64,000 nt of DNA from a bacterium (GTDB taxonomy: Bacteria > Patescibacteriota > Minisyncoccia > Minisyncoccales > CG1-02-41-26): positions 24,404 to 88,403 of the forward strand of contig JAUSHZ010000007.1 in assembly GCA_030648255.1 (NCBI GenBank). The letters are read 5' to 3'. The notes below the pieces were generated by a model that saw only the letters and a program-made list of their open reading frames with translations, was not told where the DNA came from and ran no database searches. Position numbers and translations under genes: made by a program. Shown in pieces: positions 17,779 through 27,814 of this stretch (position 1 is its first letter; each line of letters begins with the position of its first letter).

Positions 17779-17966
17779 TTTTTTATTAAAGTTAATATGC
17801 GAGCTATATTTCTTCTTGATGTTCTTATCTGTCTAATATCCTTTATTTTTCCAGCAGCCAAATCAAATCTAAAAACTCGAAGATTTTCTTGCTTTTCCCT
17901 CAATGATTTTTGCAAATCATCTTTGCTTAATTTTGAAAGCTCTTTTAGCGCTTCTTGTCTTTTCAT
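17775..17966 (-). CDS. rpmC: 50S ribosomal protein L29
   Basis: 63 aa coiled coil. Confidence 0.88.
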   Translation of the reverse strand: MKRQEALKELSKLSKDDLQKSLREKQENLRVFRFDLAAGKIKDIRQIRTSRRNIARILTLIKK

Positions 17967-17967
17967 A

Positions 17968-18375
17968 CTATTTTTTTACAAATTTAACTTTAATTGGCAA
18001 TTTATCTGAGGCCTTGCCAAACGCCTCAACAGCAATCTTTTCATCCACTCCATCAATTTCAAATATCACTCTACCAGGTTTTATCGGAAAAACATAATGG
18101 TCAACAGCCCCCTTGCCTCCACCCATTCCAACTTCTCCGCCTTTTTGCGTAATTGGTTTTTGGGGGAATATCCTAATCCATAGCTTACCCTTTCTTTTCA
18201 TTGCTTTTGTAATAGCTTTTCTAGCTGATTCCATTTGGTTGGCTGTAATCCATTTTGTTCCCATTGATTTCAATCCAAAAGAACCATAGGAAACTTCTGT
18301 TCCTCTTGTATCATTTCCTTTGCTTGTGCCCTTATGCCATTTCCTATGTTTCATTTTTCTTGGTTGTGTCAACAT
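17968..18375 (-). CDS. rplP: 50S ribosomal protein L16
   Basis: MLTQPRKMKHRKWHKG... Confidence 0.92.
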   Translation of the reverse strand: MLTQPRKMKHRKWHKGTSKGNDTRGTEVSYGSFGLKSMGTKWITANQMESARKAITKAMKRKGKLWIRIFPQKPITQKGGEVGMGGGKGAVDHYVFPIKPGRVIFEIDGVDEKIAVEAFGKASDKLPIKVKFVKK

Positions 18376-18566
18376 GTTAGAAGCTGTGTGAATTTTCAAA
18401 TTTAATGATTTGAAAATTCATTACAGATTCTTACACCCCGTGGAGTAGAAATTTGCTCTGCAAATTTCTGTTTTAAATTTTTAGTAAAAAATTTAAAACT
18501 ACTCCACAGGGTAAATTCCGCTTGCCAATCACGCTCGCCTGCTGGCTCGCGCTCTTGGAGCGTCAT
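18376..18566 (-). repeat. repeat copy rpsC|rplP (Y, B, R1)
   Basis: sequence match. Confidence 0.9.
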
Positions 18567-19226
18567 TTAATTAAAGCGTTCTCCCTTATACATCCAAACC
18601 TTAACGCCAATAACCCCATAAGTGCAGTGTGCCTCGCATGAGCCATATTCAACTATGGCTCTTATTGTTTGAAGCGGAAGTCGCCCATCTTTTAACCATT
18701 CTCTTCTGGAAATTTCAACTCCATTTAACCTACCTGATACCTCAACCTTCACGCCTTTTATTTCTTTTTGCTCAGCTGTTTTGCTTATTGCCATTTTCAA
18801 AACTCTTCTAAACGGCACTTGCTTTTCGATTTGGCCAGCCATCCATTGAGCTGTTAAGCTGGCTGAAAGCCATGGGTTTCTTATTTCAATAATTTCTATT
18901 TTAATGCTGTTTTTATCTGTTTTTATCTTCCCCTTTACTTTTGATATTGCTTTTTCAATTCCCATTTTCAAATCCTCAACTCCTTTGCCCCCCCTGCCGA
19001 TAATCAAAGCGGGTCTGGAAGTTTTAATAATAATTTTTAAGGCAGCGGATGTTCTCTCTATCTCTACTTCCTGAATAATACCCGCGGGTAGCTTCTTAGT
19101 GATAAACTGCCTAATTATAAAATCCTCCTCTAAGTAAACAGGAAAATTGTTCTTATAAAAGCCTCTTGAAAGCCAGTCTTTCATTTCTCTTATCTTAAAA
19201 GATTTTGGGTTGACTTTATGGCTCAT
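18567..19226 (-). CDS. rpsC: 30S ribosomal protein S3
   Basis: KH domain, 219 aa. Confidence 0.93.
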   Translation of the reverse strand: MSHKVNPKSFKIREMKDWLSRGFYKNNFPVYLEEDFIIRQFITKKLPAGIIQEVEIERTSAALKIIIKTSRPALIIGRGGKGVEDLKMGIEKAISKVKGKIKTDKNSIKIEIIEIRNPWLSASLTAQWMAGQIEKQVPFRRVLKMAISKTAEQKEIKGVKVEVSGRLNGVEISRREWLKDGRLPLQTIRAIVEYGSCEAHCTYGVIGVKVWMYKGERFN

Positions 19227-19576
19227 ACTTTTGATTTATCTTGTTTAAAAATATCTAAATTTAAAGTAATATTAGAAGTTTTCTTTTCTATTCTACAAGC
19301 CCTGCCCCTAGCTCTGGCCCTCCATCTTTTAAGGGTTCTGCCCTCATCAACTTTAATTAAGGAAATAAACAAATCTTTTTCTTCTAATTTAAAATTGTTT
19401 TTAGCGTTGGCCACTGCTGAATCCAAAAGCTTTTTTAAAGGCAAGGCTCCTTTTTTAATGCAAAATCCTAAAGATGCTTGGGCTTTCCCAGCAGATTTTC
19501 CTCTAACCATATCAGCCACCAAGCGAACTTTTCTGGGTGATATTCTTAAATTGTTTAATTTTGCTATAACTTGCAT
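19223..19576 (-). CDS. rplV: 50S ribosomal protein L22
   Basis: MQVIAKLNNLRISPRKVRLVADMVRGK; 18-aa track prefix is repeat read-through. Confidence 0.9.
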   Translation of the reverse strand: MQVIAKLNNLRISPRKVRLVADMVRGKSAGKAQASLGFCIKKGALPLKKLLDSAVANAKNNFKLEEKDLFISLIKVDEGRTLKRWRARARGRACRIEKKTSNITLNLDIFKQDKSKV

Positions 19577-19776
19577 GTTAGAAATTGTGTGAGTTTTCAA
19601 GCTATATTTCCTTATGGCTTGAAAACTCATTACAAGTTCTTACACCCCGTGGAGTAGAAATTTGCTCCGCAAATTTCTGTTTTAAATTTTTAGTAAAAAA
19701 TTTAAAACTACTCCACAGGGTAAATTCCGCTTGCCAATCGCGCTTCGCCTGCTGGCTCGCGCTCTTGGAGCGTCAT
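19577..19776 (-). repeat. repeat copy rpsS|rplV (Z, B, R1)
   Basis: sequence match. Confidence 0.9.
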
Positions 19777-20103
19777 TTATTTCTTTACTGGTACTGGTGC
19801 TTTAGGTTGGGTTTGAGTTTGCACTTTTGATTCTTGCTCTCTTTGCATTTTTCCGCCATGCCTGCCAAACTTCGTGGTTGGGGAAAATTCTCCTAATTTA
19901 TGGCCAACCATATCTTCTGAAACATAAACGGGAATATGCTCTTTTCCATTATGGACTCCAAAAGTAAAGCCAACCATTTCTGGTGTAACAGAACACTCGC
20001 GAGACCATGTCTTAATAACTTTTTTCTCGCCAGCTTTCTGGTTGATGACTTTTTTTATTAATCTTTCGTCCACAAAAGGACCCTTTTTTAGTGATCGTGG
20101 CAT
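19777..20103 (-). CDS. rpsS: 30S ribosomal protein S19
   Basis: [15 protein letters not shown]. Confidence 0.93.
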   Translation of the reverse strand: MPRSLKKGPFVDERLIKKVINQKAGEKKVIKTWSRECSVTPEMVGFTFGVHNGKEHIPVYVSEDMVGHKLGEFSPTTKFGRHGGKMQREQESKVQTQTQPKAPVPVKK

Positions 20104-20107
20104 AAAA

Positions 20108-20902
20108 TTATTTGTGCTTCTTCTGAATTCGTCTTTTTAAAATTAACCTACTTGTCCAGCTTTTCCTTCTGGTTTTAACTCCCAAGGCTGGTTTTCCCCA
20201 AGGAGTTCTTGGGTGGCGGCCAATTGGCTGTTTGTTCTTTCCACCTCCATGAGGGTGGTCGCAAGCATTCATAGCTGAACCTCTCACAGTTGGACGGTGG
20301 CCCATTTTTCTGGCAGTGCCTGCTTTCCCAATTTGCTTAAATCTGTGTTCCGGATTTGAAACCTGACCAATTGAGGCAAAACATTCGTTTAAAACTTTCC
20401 TTACTTCAGTGGAAGGCATTTTTAACTGGCTATACTTTCCCTCGTGGCCCATAATAACAATGCCACTTCCAGCGGATCTTGCCATTTTACCCCCAGCCAT
20501 TGGAAATAGTTCAATATTATGGACAATTGAACCAACGGGAATATTTTTTAAACGCATTCTGTTGCCGGCCTTAATCGGAGTTAAGTCCGAACAAACTAGT
20601 TCATCGCCAACGGTTAATCCATCTGGAGCAATAATATATTTCTGTTCGCCATCATTATACTTTAATAAAGCAATATGGCAAGTTCTATTTGGGTCATATT
20701 CAAGAGATTGGACAACCGAAGATTCATTAATTCTTGATTGGCCAAAATCAACCATTCGATACATCCTTTTTACCCCGCCTCCTTTATGGTGTACAGTAAT
20801 ACGGCCGGTATTATTTTTACCGCCTGTTTTTTTCAACACCCTTAATAAACTCTTCTGGGGCTTGTTCTTTGATAAAATTGTTTTTTTTCTGTGTAAAGCC
20901 AT
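20108..20902 (-). CDS. rplB: 50S ribosomal protein L2
   Basis: 264 aa. Confidence 0.93.
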   Translation of the reverse strand: MALHRKKTILSKNKPQKSLLRVLKKTGGKNNTGRITVHHKGGGVKRMYRMVDFGQSRINESSVVQSLEYDPNRTCHIALLKYNDGEQKYIIAPDGLTVGDELVCSDLTPIKAGNRMRLKNIPVGSIVHNIELFPMAGGKMARSAGSGIVIMGHEGKYSQLKMPSTEVRKVLNECFASIGQVSNPEHRFKQIGKAGTARKMGHRPTVRGSAMNACDHPHGGGKNKQPIGRHPRTPWGKPALGVKTRRKSWTSRLILKRRIQKKHK

Positions 20903-20904
20903 AA

Positions 20905-21348
20905 TTATCGCGGAATTATTTCAATCTCTTGCCCCTTCTTAATAGTAACAATTGCTTTTTTATATCCTTTTTTCCAGCCGGTTGTTCTGCCCAATCTTTT
21001 TTTCTTCCTGTCAACATTAATTATTCTTACTTTTTCAACGACAACACCATAAACCTCTTGGACTGCTTTTTTTACTTCTGGCTTGGTGGCTGTTTTAAAA
21101 GCTTGAAAAATATATTGGTTTTTTTCCATTAAAAAAGTGGCTTTTTCAGTAATTTGAGGCCTGCTTAAAACGCTTGGAGCTAATTTTATATCCACTTTTT
21201 TTGCTTTGCCCGCCGTAGTTTTAATAGGGGCGGACTTTTCCTCTACAACTTTCCTTTCCTTCTTGTCCGCCGAAGCTTTAGCGGAGGTGGACTTTTTCTT
21301 ATCTTTAAAGCTTTCCTCTTTTTTTGTTTTTTTAAAAAATAATGACAT
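20905..21348 (-). CDS. rplW: 50S ribosomal protein L23 with Lys-rich N-terminal extension
   Basis: 147 aa. Confidence 0.85.
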   Translation of the reverse strand: MSLFFKKTKKEESFKDKKKSTSAKASADKKERKVVEEKSAPIKTTAGKAKKVDIKLAPSVLSRPQITEKATFLMEKNQYIFQAFKTATKPEVKKAVQEVYGVVVEKVRIINVDRKKKRLGRTTGWKKGYKKAIVTIKKGQEIEIIPR

Positions 21349-21349
21349 A

Positions 21350-21988
21350 CTACTTCTTTTCTTTTATAAATAAATCCTGCATAACCTTTATACTTTCCTT
21401 GGGCATAATTAAATATTTGTTGTTCAAAACATCTAAAGCATTCAGGTCTTTTACTTGCATAATTTTTGTTTTGTCTATATTTCTAGAAGCCAAAATAAAG
21501 TCATTGTCCATTTCAGGTAAAGCAATTAAAGTTGTCTTGCCAAGAGTTGGCATTTTTTCTAAAATACCAGCTGCTAATTTTGTTTTAGCAGTTTTTATTT
21601 TTAAATCCTCTATTAAAATTACAAAATTATTCTTAGCTTTTTCAGTCAAAGCCATAAATAGAGCTGCTCTTTTTATTTTCTTTGGCACAATTTTTTTATA
21701 AACTTTTTCGTTTGTGGGGCCAAAAGTAACACCTCCGCCCTTCCAAATAGGAGACCTGGTGGAGCCAGCTCTGGCTCTGCCTGTTCCTTTTTGACGCCAT
21801 GGTTTTTTGCCTCCCCCAGAAACATCGCCTCTGTCTTTTGTGTGGGCGTTGCCTTGCCTTCTGTTTGCCATCTGGGAAACAGCCACTTGATGCAACAAAT
21901 CCTTAGATAATTTCACATCAAAAATCTCCTTCGGCAATTCCGCCTGGCCTGTTTTCTCACCCATTTGATTGTATATATCGATTTTCAT
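21350..21988 (-). CDS. rplD: 50S ribosomal protein L4
   Basis: 212 aa. Confidence 0.92.
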   Translation of the reverse strand: MKIDIYNQMGEKTGQAELPKEIFDVKLSKDLLHQVAVSQMANRRQGNAHTKDRGDVSGGGKKPWRQKGTGRARAGSTRSPIWKGGGVTFGPTNEKVYKKIVPKKIKRAALFMALTEKAKNNFVILIEDLKIKTAKTKLAAGILEKMPTLGKTTLIALPEMDNDFILASRNIDKTKIMQVKDLNALDVLNNKYLIMPKESIKVMQDLFIKEKK

Positions 21989-22014
21989 GTTGGCTATTTT
22001 CTATCCACTGCTTA

Positions 22015-22641
22015 CTATTTACTCTTTTTCTTATTTACTATTGAACTTGTAATCTCTACAAGCGTTCCTCGCCTGCCAGGGATGGCGCCTTTTACTGCAA
22101 TCAAATTATTTTCCAAATCAATTTTAACAATTTTTAAATTTCTCACCGAAATTCGCACAAATCCCATATGGCCTGGCATTCTCTTGCCCGGGAAAACTCT
22201 ACCCGGGTCAGTAGCACCAACCGAACCAATTGTTCTTACTTCATGCTTTGTGCCATGGGTTGTGTGATGCCCCCTAAAATTATATCTCTTAACACCTCCT
22301 TGAAACCCTTTGCCCTTGCTAATACCTGAAATTTTAACTTTATCTCCTTCTTGAAAAACAGAGGCATTAATCTCCTGCCCTAATTCATAATTCTTAATTC
22401 CTGATTCCTGAGGCCTGAACTCTTTTAAATATCTATACTCTTTGCCTTTCTCGGTTTTCTTAATTTTTCTAGCTTTTTTTTCAAAACCAATCTGAACCGA
22501 TTCATAGCCATCTTTGCTTTCCTTGGTCTTATTTTGTAAAACAACACAAGGCCCAGCTGTAATCAAAGTTACTGGGACTGCATCTCCCTTTTCATTAAAT
22601 ATTTGAGTCATCTCTAATTTTTTTCCAAGAATAAATGACAT
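22015..22641 (-). CDS. rplC: 50S ribosomal protein L3
   Basis: 208 aa. Confidence 0.92.
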   Translation of the reverse strand: MSFILGKKLEMTQIFNEKGDAVPVTLITAGPCVVLQNKTKESKDGYESVQIGFEKKARKIKKTEKGKEYRYLKEFRPQESGIKNYELGQEINASVFQEGDKVKISGISKGKGFQGGVKRYNFRGHHTTHGTKHEVRTIGSVGATDPGRVFPGKRMPGHMGFVRISVRNLKIVKIDLENNLIAVKGAIPGRRGTLVEITSSIVNKKKSK

Positions 22642-22941
22642 GTTAGAAGCTGTGTGAATTTTTAAATTTAATGATTTAAAAATTCATTACAGATTCTTAC
22701 ACCCTGTGAAGTAAAATTTGAGTACAAATTTTAATTTTAAATTTTTTACTAAAAATTTAAAATTACTTCACGGGGTTAATAATCCGTAAGCTCAAGCTTC
22801 GCCTGCTGGCTCGCTCTCGCTAACGAATTATTAAAAACACGAGGCATTAACTCCCCGCATTTTTGTTAAAAACTCAAGGGTTAAATTCTTCCCACTTTCA
22901 AGGGTTAAACTAATTAAGTTTTACCTTGAACTCTATATTAA
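22642..22941 (-). repeat. repeat copy rpsJ|rplC (Y', A/B hybrid core, R3) plus ~110-nt unique tail with tttaacccttga direct repeat
   Basis: ccctgtgaagtaaaatttgagtacaaatt..ttactaaaaatttaaaattacttcacgggg. Confidence 0.88.
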
Positions 22942-23280
22942 TTAAATCGTTTTAATTTCAATTTCCACGCCCGCTGGCAAGGTTAAATCACGAAGCGACT
23001 CAATAAATCTTTGGTTTGGATTTGTTACTTCTATCAATCGCTTGTGCACTCTCATTTCAAATTGCTCTCTAGCATCTTTGTGAACAAATGTTGACCTGTT
23101 TACTGTGTATTTTTTTATTTCTGTTGGCAAAGGCACAGGCCCAACCATTTCCACGCCCGACCTGCCCGAAATTTCTGTAATCTGATGGCACGAAGCGTCA
23201 ACCACCTTGCTATCATATGATTTTAGCTTAATTCTTAGCTGAACCGCCTGCTCCACTGGTTTTTCTTTTACTGTTGCCAT
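22942..23280 (-). CDS. rpsJ: 30S ribosomal protein S10
   Basis: start overlaps tuf stop (TAATG). Confidence 0.9.
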   Translation of the reverse strand: MATVKEKPVEQAVQLRIKLKSYDSKVVDASCHQITEISGRSGVEMVGPVPLPTEIKKYTVNRSTFVHKDAREQFEMRVHKRLIEVTNPNQRFIESLRDLTLPAGVEIEIKTI

Positions 23281-24479
23281 TATTTTATTATCTTTGAAAC
23301 CACCCCAGCGCCAACTGTTCGCCCGCCCTCTCTAATAGCAAATTTCTGTTTCTCTTCTAAGGCAATTGGGGTAATCAATTTAACTGTCACACTGATCGTA
23401 TCTCCCGGCATAACCATTTCAACTCCCGCTGGCAAAATAACATCTCCTGTTACATCGCAAGTTCTAATAAAGAACTGTGGCTTGTATCCAGAGAAAAACG
23501 GAGTGTGCCTTCCGCCTTCATCTTTAGTTAAGGCGTAAATTTCTGCTTCAAATTCAGAATGAGGAGTCACAGAGCCTGGCTTAGCAAGCACTTGCCCCCT
23601 TTCAATATCTTCCTTTTTAAACCCTCTCAACAAAATACCCACGTTATCGCCAGCTCTGCCTTCATCAAGAATTTTGTTAAACATTTCCACGCTTGTGGCA
23701 ATAGTTTTTTGAGTGGCTCTTAAGCCAACAATTTCCACCTCCTCTCCGCCCTTCACAATACCTCTTTCTACTCTGCCAGTAGCCACTGTGCCTCTGCCTT
23801 CAATAGAAAAAACATCTTCCACAGCCATTAAAAATGGCTTGTCAGTAGCTCTTACGGGTTCGGGAAAGAAAGAATCAATCTTTTCAAATAATTCAGCAAT
23901 TGGCTTCATATCCTCATCATCCGCTGATTCGGCCGCCACTGCTTTTAATGCTGAGCCTCTAATAATTGGGGTTGTGTCTCCCGGGAAATCGTATTTCTTT
24001 AACAACTCTCGCAATTCTGATTCCACTAATTCAATCATTTCTGGGTCATCCACCTGATCGCATTTATTTAAAAAGATAAGCAAATTTGGCAAACCCACTT
24101 GATTGGCAAGCAAAACGTGCTCTCTGGTTTGAGGCATAGGGCCTTCGGCCGCAGACACAACCAAAATACCTCCGTCCATTTGAGCGGCGCCAGTAATCAT
24201 ATTTTTGATATAATCAGCGTGGCCCGGGCAGTCAATCAAAGCGTAGTGCCTGTTAGCTGTTTCAAATTCGTTGTGTGAAATGTTAATCGTTACGCCTCTG
24301 GCTTTTTCTTCTGGAGCTGAATCAATTTCATCAATTGATTTATTTGAAGATTTAAAACCTTTTAAGTGGGCGTACTTCAACATAGCTGCTGTTAAAGTAG
24401 TTTTGCCGTGGTCAACATGGCCAATAGTGCCAATATTTAAGTGCGGCTTAGTTCTTTCGAATTTTTGTTTCTCTGCCAT
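23280..24479 (-). CDS. tuf: elongation factor Tu
   Basis: [19 protein letters not shown]. Confidence 0.97.
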   Translation of the reverse strand: MAEKQKFERTKPHLNIGTIGHVDHGKTTLTAAMLKYAHLKGFKSSNKSIDEIDSAPEEKARGVTINISHNEFETANRHYALIDCPGHADYIKNMITGAAQMDGGILVVSAAEGPMPQTREHVLLANQVGLPNLLIFLNKCDQVDDPEMIELVESELRELLKKYDFPGDTTPIIRGSALKAVAAESADDEDMKPIAELFEKIDSFFPEPVRATDKPFLMAVEDVFSIEGRGTVATGRVERGIVKGGEEVEIVGLRATQKTIATSVEMFNKILDEGRAGDNVGILLRGFKKEDIERGQVLAKPGSVTPHSEFEAEIYALTKDEGGRHTPFFSGYKPQFFIRTCDVTGDVILPAGVEMVMPGDTISVTVKLITPIALEEKQKFAIREGGRTVGAGVVSKIIK

Positions 24480-24535
24480 AGATTTAAATTATTTTATTAT
24501 GTTTATTATATTGATTAAAAAAATAAAGTCAATGC

Positions 24536-24805
24536 TTAAAACGGTAAATCATCTAAAGTTAGATCAGCTGTGGGCTTTTCTGACGCTGAAATTTTTTCTA
24601 ATTGCGATTCTGGTTTTGCTTCTAACTCTATTTCTTCAACTGTAATGGGCGTTTTTGATTCTAATAAAGCCGAAGTTAAATCTAAATTTTTTCTTTTTGT
24701 TTTTTCGTACTCGTTAAAAGACATAACCACCATAATATCGTCATTGTCAATTATGAGAACCTTTCCCTCTTCAGAAACAATTTGTTTTATTTTAAATAAA
24801 TCCAT
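24536..24805 (-). CDS. Phd/YefM-like antitoxin-fold domain protein with acidic tail (orphan)
   Basis: KVLIIDNDDIMVVMSFNEYEK resembles YefM core; no adjacent toxin. Confidence 0.45.
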   Translation of the reverse strand: MDLFKIKQIVSEEGKVLIIDNDDIMVVMSFNEYEKTKRKNLDLTSALLESKTPITVEEIELEAKPESQLEKISASEKPTADLTLDDLPF

Positions 24806-24810
24806 AATCT

Positions 24811-24889
24811 TAGAAACCAGAATTCCGAAACCAGAATTCCGAACTTTAATAACTAGAAATTTTTCGGATTTCGGATTTCGTGCTTCGGA
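24811..24889 (-). promoter_or_regulatory. inverted arrays of TTCCGAA (x2) and TTCGGA (x3) flanking an AT-rich core upstream of YefM-like ORF
   Basis: aaaccagaattccg x2 at 24814-24841; ttcgga at 24863, 24870, 24884. Confidence 0.5.
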
Positions 24890-24898
24890 TTTTTATTG

Positions 24899-27001
24899 TT
24901 ATATTCTTTTTCCTTCCACTATTTCTTGCGCTATGTTACTTGGCACTCTTTCATAATGATCAAATTCCATTGTAAAAGCTCCTCTGCCTTGAGTCAATGA
25001 CCTAAGCGAAGTGGCATAGCCAAACATTTCTGACAAAGGCACCTTGCCTTTAATTATTTTTTGGCCAACTCTGTCATCTGTTTCTTCAATCAATCCCCTT
25101 CTTCTATTTAAATCGCCAATTACATCGCCAAAAAATTCTTCTGGGCAAGCTGCTTCAAGTTTCATGATTGGTTCCAAGACAATTGGAGTAGCTTTTTTAC
25201 AAGCTGCCTGAAACGCCATAGACGAGGCAATTTTAAAAGCGATTTCTGACGAATCAACGTCATGATAAGAGCCATCATACAAAGTTATTTCAATATCCAC
25301 CACTGGATACCCCGCCACAACGCCCTTGTTAGTAGCTTCTTTAACTCCTTTCTGAACGCCTGGAATAAACTCTTGAGGAATAGCCCCTCCTTTAATAGCA
25401 TTGATAAATTCATAGCCAAGCCCTCTTTCTTTTGGCTTAACTCTCAAATACACATGGCCATATTGACCTCGCCCGCCTGACTGCTTAATATATTTTCCTT
25501 CAGCTTCGGCCTGGGCCATAATTGTTTCTTTGTAGGCCACTTGGGGCTTGCCAGTATTGGCCTCAACGCCAAATTCTCTTTTCATTCTTTCAACTAAAAT
25601 ATCTAAATGCAATTCTCCCATACCCGACATAATTGTCTCCCCAGTTTCCAAATCCTCTTTAATCCTAAAAGTTGGGTCTTCATCAGATAACTTCTTTAAG
25701 GCAATAATAAGCTTTTCTTGGTCTGCCTTTGTTTTTGGCTCAATTCTAATAGAAATAACTGGCTCTGGGAATACTGGCTTTTCTAAAATAATTTGATTAG
25801 CTTCATCACATAAAGTGTGACCTGTGCCAGTTCTTCGCAAGCCCACGGTGGCTGCAATATCTCCGGCCATAATCTCATCAATATCTTTTCTGGAATTTGC
25901 ATGCATTTGCAAAATTCGGCCAATTCTTTCTTTTTCACCAGTAATTGGATTTAATAAATAAGAACCTTTTGTTAAAGTTCCAGAATAAACCCTAAAATAA
26001 GCCAAACTGCCCACAAATGGGTCGGTGGCAATTTTAAAAACTAAAGCTGAAAATGGCTCTGTGTCATCTGCTTTTCTGGTAATTTCTTTTTCAGTTTTTG
26101 GGTCAAGGCCCTTAACTGGTGGCAAGTCGGCTGGGCTTGGCAAATAATAGCAAACAGCGTCAAGCATTAGTTGAACGCCTTTATTTTTTAAAGCTGAACC
26201 CGCCATCACTGGAATAAGCTTATAAGCTAAAACTGATTTTCGTAAAGATGCCCTCACTTCGTCCACTGAAATTTCTTTACCTTCCACAAACCTGTCTAAT
26301 AAATCTTCGTCTTCTGAAGCAATTTTTTCCATCATATTATGCCTCCATTCTTTGGCTTTTTCTTTTAGGTTTTCCGGGATTTCATTTTCAATAACTTTTT
26401 CTCCTTTTTCTCCCTCAAATGTATAATATTTTTGCGTAATTAAGTCCACAATGCCTTTAAATCTTTCCTCGTGGTCATCGGGAAATTGAATAGCCACAGA
26501 CGACTTGGTAAGTTTTTGTTCAATAGAAGCCAAGCATTTATCAAAACTTGCTCCCATTCTGTCCAGTTTATTAACAAAACAAATTCGGGGCACTTTATAA
26601 TTGTCGGCCTGTCTCCAAACAGTTTCAGATTGAGCTTCCACTCCAGCTACTCCATCAAACACAACCACAGCCCCATCTAAAACCCGCAAAGATCTTTGCA
26701 CCTCGGCTGTAAAATCAATGTGGCCGGGAGTATCAATTAAATTAAATCTAAATAAATTGTCTTTTTCTTTTTCCATTCCAGTGGGCGTCCAATAACAAGT
26801 GGTAGCAGCTGATGTAATAGTAATGCCCCTTTCTCTTTCTTGTTCCATCCAATCCATTACTGCCTCGCCTTCGTGCACTTCGCCAATTTTATGGGAAATG
26901 CCGGTATAAAACAAAACCCGCTCCGAAACGGTTGTTTTTCCTGCGTCAATATGAGCAATAATGCCAATATCCCTTGTTTTTTCTATAGAAAATTCTCGCA
27001 T
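24899..27001 (-). CDS. fusA: elongation factor G
   Basis: AHIDAGKTT, 700 aa. Confidence 0.97.
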   Translation of the reverse strand: MREFSIEKTRDIGIIAHIDAGKTTVSERVLFYTGISHKIGEVHEGEAVMDWMEQERERGITITSAATTCYWTPTGMEKEKDNLFRFNLIDTPGHIDFTAEVQRSLRVLDGAVVVFDGVAGVEAQSETVWRQADNYKVPRICFVNKLDRMGASFDKCLASIEQKLTKSSVAIQFPDDHEERFKGIVDLITQKYYTFEGEKGEKVIENEIPENLKEKAKEWRHNMMEKIASEDEDLLDRFVEGKEISVDEVRASLRKSVLAYKLIPVMAGSALKNKGVQLMLDAVCYYLPSPADLPPVKGLDPKTEKEITRKADDTEPFSALVFKIATDPFVGSLAYFRVYSGTLTKGSYLLNPITGEKERIGRILQMHANSRKDIDEIMAGDIAATVGLRRTGTGHTLCDEANQIILEKPVFPEPVISIRIEPKTKADQEKLIIALKKLSDEDPTFRIKEDLETGETIMSGMGELHLDILVERMKREFGVEANTGKPQVAYKETIMAQAEAEGKYIKQSGGRGQYGHVYLRVKPKERGLGYEFINAIKGGAIPQEFIPGVQKGVKEATNKGVVAGYPVVDIEITLYDGSYHDVDSSEIAFKIASSMAFQAACKKATPIVLEPIMKLEAACPEEFFGDVIGDLNRRRGLIEETDDRVGQKIIKGKVPLSEMFGYATSLRSLTQGRGAFTMEFDHYERVPSNIAQEIVEGKRI

Positions 27002-27088
27002 AAGTTAATCGGTTTAGTCATTCTGAGCCAACGGGCGAAGAATCTCGGCCGAGACCCTTCGCTAATCACTTAGGGTGACAACAATATT

Positions 27089-27550
27089 TTATCGGGCTAG
27101 ATAAGCAAAAGCTTTGTTGGCTTCGGCCATTTTATGGACATTGATTTTCTTTTTCACTGCCTCGCCCTCCCCCTTGCTTGCCTGCATAATTTCTTCAGCT
27201 AATCTGCTGGCCATATCTTTGCCTTTTTTCTTTTGGGCAGATGAAATAAGCCATCTCATGGCCAAGCTCAAAGCCCGTTTGTCTTTAACCTCTCTGGGCA
27301 CCTGATAAGTAGCTCCCCCAACACGCTGTGGCCTCACTTCAACTTTTGGAGCAGCTTCTTCTAAAGCTTTTTCAAAAATATCCATTGGCTCTTGTTTGGT
27401 TTGCTCTTTGACAATATCAAAAGCGCTATAAACAATTTTTTGGGCAATGCTTTTTTTGCCTTGAGTCATTACAGTGTTTATAAATTTTGCAACAATAACG
27501 CTGTCATAAGATGAATCAGGCAATATTTCTCTTGTTTTAAATTTAGCCAT
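27089..27550 (-). CDS. rpsG: 30S ribosomal protein S7
   Basis: 153 aa. Confidence 0.93.
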   Translation of the reverse strand: MAKFKTREILPDSSYDSVIVAKFINTVMTQGKKSIAQKIVYSAFDIVKEQTKQEPMDIFEKALEEAAPKVEVRPQRVGGATYQVPREVKDKRALSLAMRWLISSAQKKKGKDMASRLAEEIMQASKGEGEAVKKKINVHKMAEANKAFAYLAR

Positions 27551-27814
27551 GTTAGTAATCGTTAATGAATGAGTGGCGATTAGCCACGAGTGAATTTACG
27601 AGGACTTACACCCTGTGAAGTAAGATTTGAGGTCTCTTCCAAAAAGTGTATTCTCTTAAACTTTTAACTATTTTTCTCTCGCATCAATTGTTAATAATCG
27701 TACCCTCAAATCTTAATTTTAAATTTTTTACTAAAAATTTAAAATTACTTCACGGGGTAAATTCCGCCAACCGCTCAAACTTCGGCTCATCGCCTCGTTT
27801 TTGCTGGGCGTCAT
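27551..27814 (-). repeat. repeat copy rpsL|rpsG (W, B-type hairpin carrying ~80-nt insertion, R2)
   Basis: ccctgtgaagtaagatttgagg..[insert]..cctcaaatc..attacttcacgggg. Confidence 0.88.

Noticed and set aside
1278-27814. CRISPR-like array (regularly spaced near-identical repeats)
   Set aside because: The 'spacers' are essential ribosomal genes of different lengths, the repeats are 160–300 nt with internal modularity, and no cas genes are present.
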